Of a DNA stretch of 64,000 nucleotides, positions 47,519-56,744 are shown piece after piece. The position numbers and the translations under genes were made by a program. Location: positions 2,367,486 to 2,431,485 of the forward strand of contig OZ241326.1 of NCBI GenBank assembly GCA_965199855.1, given 5' to 3'. Each line of letters begins with the position of its first letter. The first letter of the stretch is position 1. The notes under the pieces are model-generated. The model worked only from the letters and a program-made list of their open reading frames with translations, made no database searches and was not told where the DNA came from. Source of the stretch: a bacterium. Lineage in GTDB: Bacteria > UBA8248.

Positions 47519-47785
47519 CTACGCTCTCAGGACGGGTATTCTTCCGTTCGCGCAATCCCGATCAATATCCAGATACCGGACGAGTTTTTTCACGTGGCCC
47601 GGCTCGATCTCCGCGTTCTCCGATATGCGCTTCCGGCCATGCTCTCCCCGGGGAAAGGACGGGTATGTCTTCCCGCCGTAATGGAAGCGCAGAAAATGCG
47701 GCGTCGGCTTGTACACATAGCCGGGGGCGCATTCATCCAGCATGTCGAAAACGGCCTTGAGCTTCACCCTGCCGACCGAGGGCAC
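47519..47785 (-). CDS. HicA-family (YcfA-like) putative mRNA-interferase toxin
   Basis: 88 aa. VKLKAVFDMLDECAPGYVYKPTPHFLRFHYGGKTYPSFPRGEHGRK...IEPGHVKKLVRYLDI aligns by eye to the HicA consensus (GSHhifrhpdg...PhH...lkkgtlrsilkqagl). Confidence 0.45.
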   Translation of the reverse strand: MPSVGRVKLKAVFDMLDECAPGYVYKPTPHFLRFHYGGKTYPSFPRGEHGRKRISENAEIEPGHVKKLVRYLDIDRDCANGRIPVLRA

Positions 47786-47788
47786 GGG

Positions 47789-48280
47789 TCAGGCGGCGAT
47801 GAGGGCCGTCGGAGGATCGATGAGGTTTTCCTTCGCGTTTTCTTTCGGACCGATTCTCTCCAGCGCCACCCTGGCGATGACGACGCGCGCCGGGGAGTCG
47901 GCCGACTTCCTCGGCATGTCCTTCCGCCGGATTTTTCCACTCCGCACCTCTTCCACCGCCCGGCTCCACAGCGCCTGCGTTTCCGCGCAGGATTCGGAGA
48001 AGAACGCCCGCGCTCCGGCCCTGAAGTCCTTGAAGCCGGCCGCCTCTTCGGCGACGTCCTCGAGCACGTTGAAAAAGGCGCGCCGGAAGTTCATGTATGC
48101 TTCGCGCTCGTTTTCGCCCGACGCGGCCAGCCCGCCCGGCGTGACGCCGTAGAGCCACACGCGCCGGCTCGCTCCCCTGCCTTCGAGCTCGCCCAGAACG
48201 CGGCCCCTCGCGCGCACGTCGGCCAGAAAGCCCTTGCCGAACACCTTGTCCCTGAAATCGAACAGGAACGGATACCTCAT
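47789..48280 (-). CDS. HicB-like putative antitoxin partner (start moved to MRYPF)
   Basis: MRYPFLFDFRDKVFGKG...GVTPGGLAASGENEREAYMNFRRAF resembles the HicB N-terminal domain. RBS aaagggggcg precedes the ATG. A 3-nt gap separates it from the HicA-like gene. Confidence 0.4.
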   Translation of the reverse strand: MRYPFLFDFRDKVFGKGFLADVRARGRVLGELEGRGASRRVWLYGVTPGGLAASGENEREAYMNFRRAFFNVLEDVAEEAAGFKDFRAGARAFFSESCAETQALWSRAVEEVRSGKIRRKDMPRKSADSPARVVIARVALERIGPKENAKENLIDPPTALIAA

Positions 48281-48402
48281 TTCGCCCCCTTTTTTTCTCT
48301 GCTGGATGTCGCGCCTGCAGAATGCAACACGACGTCTCAACGTCGCCACCGCCCCGGCGGCTCGTCAAGTCCCGCCTTGAAGCCCCCGCGTCGTCTCCCG
48401 TC

Positions 48403-50082
48403 TCACTCCGTCACCGCCAGGGGCGCCATGGCCTCGATGTCGCTCACGCAGTCGATGACGACGGGCCGGTTCGCGCTGAACGCCTGATCGAGCGCGCTTT
48501 CGAGCTCGCCCGGCTTCTCCACGCGGATGCCGAGGGCGCCCATCGTCCCGGCGATTTCGGCGAAGTTCACCGCGTTGAGCTTCCACAGCTCGCCGGCCTG
48601 CTCGGTCTGCGCGCCGCCGTAGGCGCGGTCGAAGCCGCGCTTGGACTGGTTGCCCGAGGCGTTGTTGTTCACGAGGGTCACCGCGTTGATCTTCCAGCGC
48701 GCGGCGGTCTCGATTTCCGGGAGGTGGTACCAGAAGCCCGAATCGCCGTTGAAGGCGAACACGGGCCGGTCGGGGAGGGCGCACTTGGCGCCCAGCCCCG
48801 CCGGGAAGGCCCAGCCCAGATGCCCCGCGCTCCGGATGTAGCTCTGCTCCGGGTGCGAGAGGTCGTACATGCCGCCCATCCACATGCCCGAGTGGCCCGT
48901 GTCGGCGAGCACCACGCAGTCGGAGGGCAGATGCTCCGTCAGCTCCCGGCAGATGCGCTCGGGGCGCATGGGCGCGGCGTCGGATTCGAGATATTCGCGG
49001 AACTCCTCGCGCCACCCCGCCACGAAGCCCCGCGCCTTCTCCGCCCAGCCCGCGCGCGAGGCGGCGGACTCCCCGCTCGCCGCCTCCGCCATTTTCCGCA
49101 GGCTCGTCCTGGCGTCTCCCAGAACCGCCGCCCGGAGGGGGTAGTTGCGCGCCAGAGCCTCGGGGTCGATGTCCAGCTGGACGGCGGGCGTCCCGATGGG
49201 AGGGACGGCCCAGAAGTGGGTGGTCATGCCGCCCGTCTCGGTGCCGACGAAGAACGCCAGATCCGCCGCGTTCACCACACGGTTCGCGCTTTTTCTCGAA
49301 TAGGTGCCCACGACGCCCACGGAGAGGGGATGATTGCCCGGAATGCTGTCCTTGCCGTTCAGGGAGGTCGCCACCGGAACGTTCAGCTTCTCCGCCAGGG
49401 CGATGAGCTCGGCGGACGCTCCCGAGGCGCGAACGCCGCCGCCCGCGACGATGACGGGCCGCTCCGCTCTTTCCAGCAGCGCGACCGCCGCCTTCACGCG
49501 CTCGGGCTCGGGCTCGGGCCGATAGGGGGGCAGCGCTCTGAAGTCCTCCTCGATGATCACCTCCATCTCGGCTTCCTCCACGTCGAGCTGCCCCTCGTTT
49601 CCGGCGAACTGGAGATGGACGGGGCCCGGGCAGCCCGAGGTCGCCGCGCGGAAGGCCTGGCGCAGCATATCGGGAAAGCGCGACACGTCGTCCACCGTGG
49701 CGTTGAACTTCGTCACCGGCTCGAAGGCGGGGACGTCGTCCACCTCCTGATAGACCTTTCGGAACTTTGTCTCCGGCAGGCGCCCTCCCGTGAAGGCGAG
49801 GACGGGAGACTTCGCCAGGAAGGCGTCGCGCAGGCCGGCCGCCAGATTCAGCGCGCCGATGACCTGCGCCATGCAGACGCCCGGCTTCCGGCCCGCGCGC
49901 GCGTAGCCGTCCGCCATGTAGGCGGCGGACTTCTCGCCGTGGGTCTGGATGCGGGCGATGCCCGTTCGCTCCTCCATCTCGGCCATCGAGCGCCTGAGAA
50001 CGGCGGGAACCATGAACGTGTGGGTCACGCCGTAGCCCTTGAGCATCTCGGCCATGACGCGGGCGCCTGTCATCCTGGGCAT
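48403..50082 (-). CDS. thiamine-diphosphate-dependent enzyme (acetolactate-synthase-like large-subunit family)
   Basis: 559 aa with three TPP-enzyme domains; TPP-binding GDSGFWYHLPEIETAARWKINAVTLVNNN. Confidence 0.8.
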   Translation of the reverse strand: MPRMTGARVMAEMLKGYGVTHTFMVPAVLRRSMAEMEERTGIARIQTHGEKSAAYMADGYARAGRKPGVCMAQVIGALNLAAGLRDAFLAKSPVLAFTGGRLPETKFRKVYQEVDDVPAFEPVTKFNATVDDVSRFPDMLRQAFRAATSGCPGPVHLQFAGNEGQLDVEEAEMEVIIEEDFRALPPYRPEPEPERVKAAVALLERAERPVIVAGGGVRASGASAELIALAEKLNVPVATSLNGKDSIPGNHPLSVGVVGTYSRKSANRVVNAADLAFFVGTETGGMTTHFWAVPPIGTPAVQLDIDPEALARNYPLRAAVLGDARTSLRKMAEAASGESAASRAGWAEKARGFVAGWREEFREYLESDAAPMRPERICRELTEHLPSDCVVLADTGHSGMWMGGMYDLSHPEQSYIRSAGHLGWAFPAGLGAKCALPDRPVFAFNGDSGFWYHLPEIETAARWKINAVTLVNNNASGNQSKRGFDRAYGGAQTEQAGELWKLNAVNFAEIAGTMGALGIRVEKPGELESALDQAFSANRPVVIDCVSDIEAMAPLAVTE

Positions 50083-50170
50083 TCGCGGTGTCTCCTCATC
50101 GAAAAGTCTCGGGAAAAGCGCTCAATCGCCGGCTCGGGGATTCATGGGAAATACGGAACAGGGATATCAG

Positions 50171-51076
50171 TTACGCGGGAGAAAATCCAGCGCCCAGCGC
50201 GCCGCGCGCGGCGGCGGGAATCTCGCGCATGTCCTCCACCACGACGGCGCCCGCCTCCTCGAGCATCGCCTTCTTTCGCGCCGGAGAGCCTTCGCCGCGC
50301 TCGATGATGGCCGCCGCGTGGCCGAAGCTCGCCCCGCGCGGGGCGGACTCGTGAACCATGCCCGCGATGAAGGCGACCACCGGCTTCGTGAAGCCTCCCT
50401 CGCCCATCAGCCGCGCCGCCTCCTCCTCGAAGCAGGAGCCGGGCTCCCCGAACAGGACGACGCACTCCGTTTCGGGATCATCCTGGAGCAGGGGCATGAG
50501 ATCGGCGAAGGAGGAGCCGATGAGCGCGTCGCCGCCCACGCTCACGTAGGCGCTCTGGCCGATTCCCTCCCGGCTCAGGAGCCAGCAGGTCTCGCTGCCC
50601 ATCCCCCCGCTTCGGCTCAGCACGCCCACCGGCCCCCGCCGGAACAGGAGGTTCGTGACCGCCAGGTCGCCGCCCACGCCGCCCATCTTGGCGCGTCCGG
50701 GGCAGATGACGCCCTGGCTGTTCGGGCCGATGAGCCGCGCCCCCGCGCGCCGGGCGCGGGCGATCATCCGCGCCGCGTCGTGTTGCGGCAGCCCCTCGGC
50801 GCAGACGAGAATCAGCCCGACGCCCGCCTCCGCCGCCTCGATGGCCGAATCCGCCGCCGCGGCCGCCGGCACGAACAGGACGGCGGCGTCCGCCGGATGC
50901 GCGTCCAGGGCGTCGGCGAAAGAATCATGGACGGGGACGCCGTCGCAGTCCTCGCCCCCGCGGCCCGGCACCACGCCCGCGACCACCCGCGTCCCGTATT
51001 TCCGCATGAAGCCCGCGTGGGCGCGCGCCTGCCAGCCGGTGATGCCCGCCACGACGACGCGCGTCGCCTCGTCGAT
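50171..51076 (-). CDS. succinyl-CoA-synthetase alpha-subunit-like (CoA-binding) protein
   Basis: TRVVVAGITGWQARAHAGFMRKYGTRVVAGVVPGRGG and SRSGGMGSE; proposed TTG start overlapping the upstream stop. The track merges it into an Arg-rich 448-aa ORF. Confidence 0.65.
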   Translation of the reverse strand: MDEATRVVVAGITGWQARAHAGFMRKYGTRVVAGVVPGRGGEDCDGVPVHDSFADALDAHPADAAVLFVPAAAAADSAIEAAEAGVGLILVCAEGLPQHDAARMIARARRAGARLIGPNSQGVICPGRAKMGGVGGDLAVTNLLFRRGPVGVLSRSGGMGSETCWLLSREGIGQSAYVSVGGDALIGSSFADLMPLLQDDPETECVVLFGEPGSCFEEEAARLMGEGGFTKPVVAFIAGMVHESAPRGASFGHAAAIIERGEGSPARKKAMLEEAGAVVVEDMREIPAAARGALGAGFSPA

Positions 51077-51084
51077 GAGGGCGC

Positions 51085-52326
51085 TCAACGCCCGCCCCCC
51101 GTCCGGGGCGCGCCGCGCTTCAGCGCCTCGACCTGGGCGACGATGCGCCCTGCGGCCTCCTCGAGCGTCGCCTCCGCGCCCAGATACTGAAGCCCCGGGC
51201 ACGTCCGCGCGATCTCGCGCGCCTCCTCGCCGCCCGCGCCCGCGAAGCGGACGATGAAGGGGAAGGCGGCGAGATCCACCCCCGTCTCCCGGACGGCGCG
51301 GACGATGGCGCGGACCTTCAGCTGCACGCGCGAGAAGCTCGTGATGTTGCTCCCCGCCAGCGCGCCCCTGACGCCGGGCATCTTCAGGATTTCCTTCGCG
51401 ATCAGGAAATACTTCTCCTCCAGCGGCCCCGGCGTGATGTCGAACGCCGTCGCCGGCTTCCCGCCCAGGCGCGCCATCACGTCGAGGAGATACAGGCCGC
51501 CTCCGCCCCCGCTCCACAGCAGGGCGATCTCCCCGCCCTCGAACTCCGTGAAGCGCGCCGCGCCGCGGGGCGGCACGCGGGCGTCTATCTCCGCGACGCG
51601 CGCCTCGAGAGGGGTGGGCGGGCGCCAGCCGCCGAGGGAGTCCTCATCGAGCAGCGCCTCCAGTTCGGGATGGCGAAACAGCGCGTCCGCGTCCAGATCG
51701 AGCGCGCACGCGGCGGCGGCGACCTCGCCGCTCTCCTCCAGGACGAGCGGGTTGACTTCCAGAAGCCGCGCCTCCGTCCGGCGAAACAGCGCGAAGCAGG
51801 CGTGAGCGGCGAGCACCGCGCGATAGAGCGCCTCCCCGCTCAGCCCGCAGGCGCGCAGAAAGGAGACGCACGCCTCCTCGCTCAGCCCCTCCAGAATATC
51901 GACCTCGATCCGCTTGAGCGCGCCCGGGTTCTCCTCCAGCAGCGTCTCGACCTCGACGCCGCCCTCGGCGCTGAACATGACGAGCGGCCCGCGCGAGGCG
52001 CTGTCGAAGGAGACGGAAAGATACCACTCCCGCTCGATCGCGAGCCGCTCCTCCACCAGAACGCGCCTGACAGGAAAGCGGCGCGCGACGCCGCCCAGCA
52101 GCTTCCGCGCCGCCCGCTCCGCCTCCTCCGGAGTATCCGCCGGCAGAATCGCCCCCGCCTTGCCGCGCCCGCCCACGGGCGCGAGCGCCTTCACCATGAC
52201 GGGCGCGCCGATGCGGCGCGCGGCGCCGGCCGCCTCGGCGGGCGTTCGCGCCGCGCGGCCTTCGGGGACGCGGACGCCCGCGTCCCCCAGCAGCGCTTTC
52301 GCCTTGTCCTCATAGAGGCGGGGCAT
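51085..52326 (-). CDS. succinyl-CoA-synthetase beta-subunit-like ATP-grasp protein
   Basis: MPRLYEDKAKALLGDAGVRVPEG...VMVKALAPVGGRGKAG ATP-grasp N-domain; 413 aa. Confidence 0.75.
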   Translation of the reverse strand: MPRLYEDKAKALLGDAGVRVPEGRAARTPAEAAGAARRIGAPVMVKALAPVGGRGKAGAILPADTPEEAERAARKLLGGVARRFPVRRVLVEERLAIEREWYLSVSFDSASRGPLVMFSAEGGVEVETLLEENPGALKRIEVDILEGLSEEACVSFLRACGLSGEALYRAVLAAHACFALFRRTEARLLEVNPLVLEESGEVAAAACALDLDADALFRHPELEALLDEDSLGGWRPPTPLEARVAEIDARVPPRGAARFTEFEGGEIALLWSGGGGGLYLLDVMARLGGKPATAFDITPGPLEEKYFLIAKEILKMPGVRGALAGSNITSFSRVQLKVRAIVRAVRETGVDLAAFPFIVRFAGAGGEEAREIARTCPGLQYLGAEATLEEAAGRIVAQVEALKRGAPRTGGGR

Positions 52327-52358
52327 TCGCTCTCACCCGAACGCGGGAGGGGGACGCT

Positions 52359-53165
52359 CTACAGGATGGCGACGGGGCGGACGGGCGAGCCGGTGCCGCC
52401 GCGTATCTTGAGCGGCAGGCAGACGAAGAGGAACTCGCGCGCCCGCGCCCGGCTCAGCTCCTCCAGCATCGCCACCTCGAGCAGGTGGACGCCGCGCTCC
52501 ACGAGCAGATGGCAGTGCACCGGCAGGGAGGGGGCGGGCAGAACCTCGACCGCGAAGTTGTCGCTCCCCGCCATGAAGACGCCCGCGTCGGAGAGCCACC
52601 GCGCGGCGTCCAGGTCGATTCCGGGGACGCCTCCCTTCTGGAAGTAATAGTCCCGGCCCGGCCAGTGGCGCATGTGGCCGGTGCGAATCAGGACGACGTC
52701 GCCCTCCTCCACCCGCGCGCCCTGGGCGCGGGCGGTCGCCTCGAGCTCCGCCTTCGTTATGGGGCGGCCCGCCTCGAGGACGTCCTTCTTGAGGTGCGCC
52801 GCCGCGTCCAGCATCACCCCGCGCCTGACGACGGGCGCCACGCTCTCGATTCCGTGGACTCTCAGCCCCTCCGTCTTGCTCTGGGAGGCGGCGGCGTCCG
52901 CCCCGCCGTGAAGCTTCATCTCCCGCGAGACGTGGCCCAGGGCGTCGATGTGGGTTCCCGTGTGGCCGGTGCAGAAGATCGCGTCCACCGCCGCGCACGC
53001 CCCGTCCGCATACATGAAGTCGCCGTGCTCCCGGATCATCGAATACCCGAAGGGGCCGTGGAGCGGCACGTGGGGCATTCCGGGGAAAAGCTCCACCCCC
53101 AGGTCGAACACCCTGCCGCCGCGCGCGATGGCGCGCAGGTCTTCCATGTCCATCGCTTCCTCCAT
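52359..53165 (-). CDS. cyclase-family protein (kynurenine-formamidase-like)
   Basis: HTGTHIDALGH metal-binding motif. Confidence 0.75.
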   Translation of the reverse strand: MEEAMDMEDLRAIARGGRVFDLGVELFPGMPHVPLHGPFGYSMIREHGDFMYADGACAAVDAIFCTGHTGTHIDALGHVSREMKLHGGADAAASQSKTEGLRVHGIESVAPVVRRGVMLDAAAHLKKDVLEAGRPITKAELEATARAQGARVEEGDVVLIRTGHMRHWPGRDYYFQKGGVPGIDLDAARWLSDAGVFMAGSDNFAVEVLPAPSLPVHCHLLVERGVHLLEVAMLEELSRARAREFLFVCLPLKIRGGTGSPVRPVAIL

Positions 53166-53292
53166 CGGGCGTTCGGGCGCCGGAAGCCCCGGCTTCGGTT
53201 TTCGTCATTGTATCTTTGCGCCCCGCCCCCCGACAAGGTAAAGAGGGCGGGAGAGAAGAAGCCCTCGCTGGACTTTCCGGGATCGGCGGCGC

Positions 53293-53712
53293 ATGAATTT
53301 CTCTGCATACGTTCATCCGGCCTTTCAGATCGCCACGCTCTCGCTGTGTCTGCTCACTCTGGCGAACGGCCTGCGGGTCAGGCGCGCCCGGCGGGGGAGG
53401 CTGTCCGGCAGGGCGGGAATCGCCCGCTTCCACGTGAGGCTCGGGCGGTGGCTCGCCGCTTTTTTCTCGACGGGCTACGCGCTCGGCCTGGGCGGGATGC
53501 GCTTCGCCCTGGAGGAGCCGCTTTACGAGACGGCGCACGGCTACTTCGCCACCCTCGCCCTGGGCCTTCTGTGGACGACGGCCTGGCTGGGGCGCAGGCT
53601 GCGAAAGGCTCCGGGCAGGGACGATCTGCGGCAGATTCACGCCTTCTGCGGCTTCCTCGCCGTCTTCGTCTCCCTGTTCGTCTCGTTTCTGGGGATGCGG
53701 CTGCTCCCCTGA
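53293..53712 (+). CDS. DUF4079-like integral membrane protein
   Basis: 139 aa, four predicted TM segments. Confidence 0.5.
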   Translation: MNFSAYVHPAFQIATLSLCLLTLANGLRVRRARRGRLSGRAGIARFHVRLGRWLAAFFSTGYALGLGGMRFALEEPLYETAHGYFATLALGLLWTTAWLGRRLRKAPGRDDLRQIHAFCGFLAVFVSLFVSFLGMRLLP

Positions 53713-53731
53713 CGCCCGGAATTCCGCTAGA

Positions 53732-54940
53732 ATGGAGGCGCCGCCCGGTCTCGGCTGCGCCCCGCCTCCTTTCGCGTCCCCCGGCGAGGCGAAGCCATCC
53801 CGCGAGGGGGAGCGCCCTTTGCGACCCGAAACCGAAAAGCGCGCGCCGAAGCCCTCCTCCGGGCGAGGCGGAATCCCTGGGGGAAAGCCGGGGCTTCTCC
53901 CCGCGCTCGCGCTTCTCGCCGCGGCGCTCTGGGCCGCGGCCCCGGCCCGGGCGGCGAGCCCCCCGGCGCGAAACCCCTGCGCGGTCAATCCCCCCGCGGC
54001 GAATCCATCCGGCGGAAACCCCTGCGCGCCCTCAAGAAGCCCGCGCCCCGAAGCCGCCGGGGGAGGAAACCCCTGCGCGCCCCGGAATCCCCGCGCCGGA
54101 GACGCCGGCGCGAAGGCGGGGACGAATCCGCAGGGCGGCAGGCTTTTCGATCCCTTCGCCGACGACGCGGGGCGGGCGGGCGGCGAAAAACCCCCTCCGC
54201 CGCCTCCGTCGCCGGGCGGGGGCGTCCAGTGGGGGGAGAGCCGGGCGGGCGTCGCGCGGCCGCGCTACCTCTTCACCCAGCGGCCCGACGCCAGCGTGCG
54301 CGACGCCGTCGCGCGCGGCAGGCGGGCGTTCAGGCGCGCGGGTTGCGTGGGTTGCCATCCCCGGGGGCGCACCATCTACGGCCACGCGGCGGACGTGACG
54401 GGCGCGACGCATCCGTTTCCCATCCCCACCCTCATCGGCGCGGCGGAGCACTTTCCGCGCCTGGGCCCGGCGGGACGGGCGCTCAGCGTCGGGCAGTTCA
54501 ACGACTTCTGCGCCACGACCTTCCTGGGCGAGCCGCCCATGGACCCCTATTCGCAGAAATACAAGGACCTGGAAGCCTACGTGGTCTCGCTCTCTCCCGA
54601 ACGCTACGAGCGGATGCTCGCCTGGGAGGCGAAGCGCAAGGCGCTCGCGCGGGCCATGCGGGGGACGCCGGGACCGGGAGCGGGCGGCGGCGCTTCGACG
54701 CCTTCTTCCGGCGGGGGAGAGAAGCCCGCCGCGCCGACCGCGCGAATCCCCGGCGGGGGCGGAGGGAAACCGGTCGGGGGAAACCCCTGCGCGCCCTCGA
54801 ATCCGCGCGCGGGGAAGCCCGGCGCCGCCCCAAGCGCCCCCGCCGGGGTCAACCCTTGCGCCCCCCGAAATCCATGCGCGGCGAAAAATCCCTGCGCGAT
54901 TCCGAACGCGCGCGCGAAAAACCCCTGCGCGAAGCCGTAG
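53732..54940 (+). CDS. secreted mono-haem c-type cytochrome domain protein flanked by tandem 'G-NPCA-P' repeats
   Basis: Signal-like LLPALALLAAALWAAAPARA; single CxxCH (RAGCVGCHPRG); at least 9 NPCA motifs (NPCAVNPP, GGNPCAPS, GGGNPCAPRNPRAG, GGNPCAPSNPRAG, VNPCAPRNPCAAKNPCAIPNARAKNPCAKP). The N-terminal start is uncertain. Confidence 0.55.
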   Translation: MEAPPGLGCAPPPFASPGEAKPSREGERPLRPETEKRAPKPSSGRGGIPGGKPGLLPALALLAAALWAAAPARAASPPARNPCAVNPPAANPSGGNPCAPSRSPRPEAAGGGNPCAPRNPRAGDAGAKAGTNPQGGRLFDPFADDAGRAGGEKPPPPPPSPGGGVQWGESRAGVARPRYLFTQRPDASVRDAVARGRRAFRRAGCVGCHPRGRTIYGHAADVTGATHPFPIPTLIGAAEHFPRLGPAGRALSVGQFNDFCATTFLGEPPMDPYSQKYKDLEAYVVSLSPERYERMLAWEAKRKALARAMRGTPGPGAGGGASTPSSGGGEKPAAPTARIPGGGGGKPVGGNPCAPSNPRAGKPGAAPSAPAGVNPCAPRNPCAAKNPCAIPNARAKNPCAKP

Positions 54941-54959
54941 GGCAGGCGCCTCCTGTCGT

Positions 54960-55520
54960 TGTCCTTCTTGAATAAGAAACTGTAGGGGGACAAGCCGCAG
55001 CTTGTCCTCCCTGCGCAAAATCAAGGCGCGGCCGCAGGGCCGCATTCATGCGCTTCGTTCGAGGGCCGGCGGTGAAGACGCCCCGGCCTCCCGCAGGGGG
55101 CGTTCGCGAACGCCCCGCCGCCTGCGATGCGAATCCTTCCCAAAAACGGGCGGCCGCAGGAGTCGCCCCTACGGAACGTCCCCCACGGGGGACCATCCCA
55201 AACGGGCGGTTCGCGAATTGTGGGGCGGCCCCGGGGAGGGGTCGCCCCTACGGAAACCTGAAAACCCCGCCCCCGCGCCAACGGGGACGCGCCCCGCCGT
55301 AGAGGCAACCCCCGTGGCTGTCCTTCGCTGGGTTCCCGTCCCGCCGCCGCGCGAAAATCCCGTAGAGGGCGTTCGAGAACGCCCCGCCCGGCTCCGGCTT
55401 CCGGCGAAGGCCGGAATCCAGGGGGTTGGTTTTCTTCCACGCAAACCCTGCGAAGGCGAGTCGTCGGGAATGTAGGGGCAGCCCCGCGGCTGTCCTTCGC
55501 TGTCGGCATGGGCAGGCGCG
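54960..55520. repeat. REP/BIME-like palindromic repeat cluster
   Basis: Contains cggttcgcgaa, ggcggccccggggaggggtcgcccctacgg, attccggccttcgccgga and tgtaggggcagccccgcggctgtcc units. Confidence 0.8.
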
Positions 55521-55624
55521 GGGGGCCTGTCCCCGTGAGGCCCTTTGACGCCCTCCTTGCCGCGCCGCCTTCGCTCTGCTAGCGTTGCCGCGAATCCATT
55601 TCTCATCATCGGGAGGAGCGCGCG

Positions 55625-56146
55625 ATGGCGGAATTCACCGTGGCGAATTTCAGGGACGTCTCCGGGGGGCTCCAGGAGGGCCAGTTCGCCGTGGGCGAGC
55701 GGAAGAAGGCGAGCGGCCTGGCCGACCTCGACCCCATCTACGGGCAGCTGCTGGACATGCCGATCACGGTCACGCTCGGGCTCGTCGGCCCCGACGGGCG
55801 GGTGAACCTCACGCCCATGTGGTTCGACTACGAGGGCGACATGATTCTGGTGAACACCGCCGCGCACCGGGCGAAATGCGGATGGATACGCGCGAACCCG
55901 CGGCTCACCATCCTCCTCGTCAACCCCGAGAACCCCTACCACTGGATGAGCGTGAAGTGCGAGGTCGTGAACGAAATCCGCGAGGGGGAGCCGGGCGGGG
56001 AGCGGGCCGCCGAGCAGCTCGACCGCATCTGGACGAAATACACGGGGCAGGAGCCGCCCTACGCGCTGCGCGATCCCGTCATCGACGAGAAGCGCGTCCT
56101 CTTCGAGTGCCGCGTGGACAGAATCGCCACCTTCGGAAAGCCCTGA
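55625..56146 (+). CDS. PPOX-class F420/FMN-binding split-barrel protein
   Basis: 173 aa; ...RVNLTPMWFDYEGDMILVNTAAHRAKCGWIRANPRLTILLVNP. Confidence 0.65.
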   Translation: MAEFTVANFRDVSGGLQEGQFAVGERKKASGLADLDPIYGQLLDMPITVTLGLVGPDGRVNLTPMWFDYEGDMILVNTAAHRAKCGWIRANPRLTILLVNPENPYHWMSVKCEVVNEIREGEPGGERAAEQLDRIWTKYTGQEPPYALRDPVIDEKRVLFECRVDRIATFGKP

Positions 56147-56306
56147 GGCCGGGGGGCGCGCCGCTTCGCGTCATCGATGCGCGCGTCTCTTGCGGGAGGC
56201 GCGAAGCTGCGCGGCGCCGAAGCGATGGCGGGGAGGAATGGAAACGGCCTTTTCAACGTCTTCAGCGACCCCGAGTTTCCAAAACCCTGAATCTACCGTT
56301 GCGCTA

Positions 56307-56732
56307 TCAGAGTTCCCAAAGCTCCACATCAGACGGAATCATGTGGAAGCAGGCGCGTCTGAAATAGGAAAGCAGAGTCTCGCCCGTAGATTTCCTCACG
56401 CTCCGCTCAACGATAAATATCTTCCGATAAGCCTTGGGAGCCATGTGAAAATGGAACATGGCTTCCGCCCAGTTTTTCATCTTCGCGCTTGGAACATTCC
56501 CCCCTGCTGTCCAAGTGTGCGATTTGCATTCCACGATGATTTTGGGACGCTCTGATCCAAAATCGAACGTGTGCTCCTTCTTGTCCTTCTTGGCTCGTCC
56601 AAGCCCCACCGCCAATTTGAAGTTGGATTCCAAATCGAGGCCATGCTTGGCCAGCGCCCTCTTGGCCTTCTTCTCAAATTTCCGTCCGACATCCGCATTG
56701 CTGTTCGCGCCCTCGCGCTGATGATTCGCCAT
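56307..56732 (-). CDS. small PD-(D/E)xK nuclease-fold protein (Mrr-cat/restriction-endonuclease-like), low-GC gene
   Basis: 141 aa; HTFDFGSERPKIIVECKSHTW gives a D...E-x-K arrangement; local GC about 52% versus ~70% flanks. Confidence 0.5.
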   Translation of the reverse strand: MANHQREGANSNADVGRKFEKKAKRALAKHGLDLESNFKLAVGLGRAKKDKKEHTFDFGSERPKIIVECKSHTWTAGGNVPSAKMKNWAEAMFHFHMAPKAYRKIFIVERSVRKSTGETLLSYFRRACFHMIPSDVELWEL

Positions 56733-56744
56733 ATTCTTCCTCCT

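Noticed and set aside
48322-50307. 661-aa plus-strand ORF (also 52485..54398+, 56571..57968+, 56674..57918-, 58189..59112-)
   Set aside because: All are antisense or out-of-frame to genes with clear motifs (TPP enzyme, cyclase, DSD1 enzyme, amidohydrolase) and show shadow-ORF composition.
50171-51517. 448-aa minus-strand ORF as called
   Set aside because: The N-terminal 150 aa are Arg-rich read-through across the end of sucC. Only the SucD-like C-terminal 301 aa (to about 51076) are credible.
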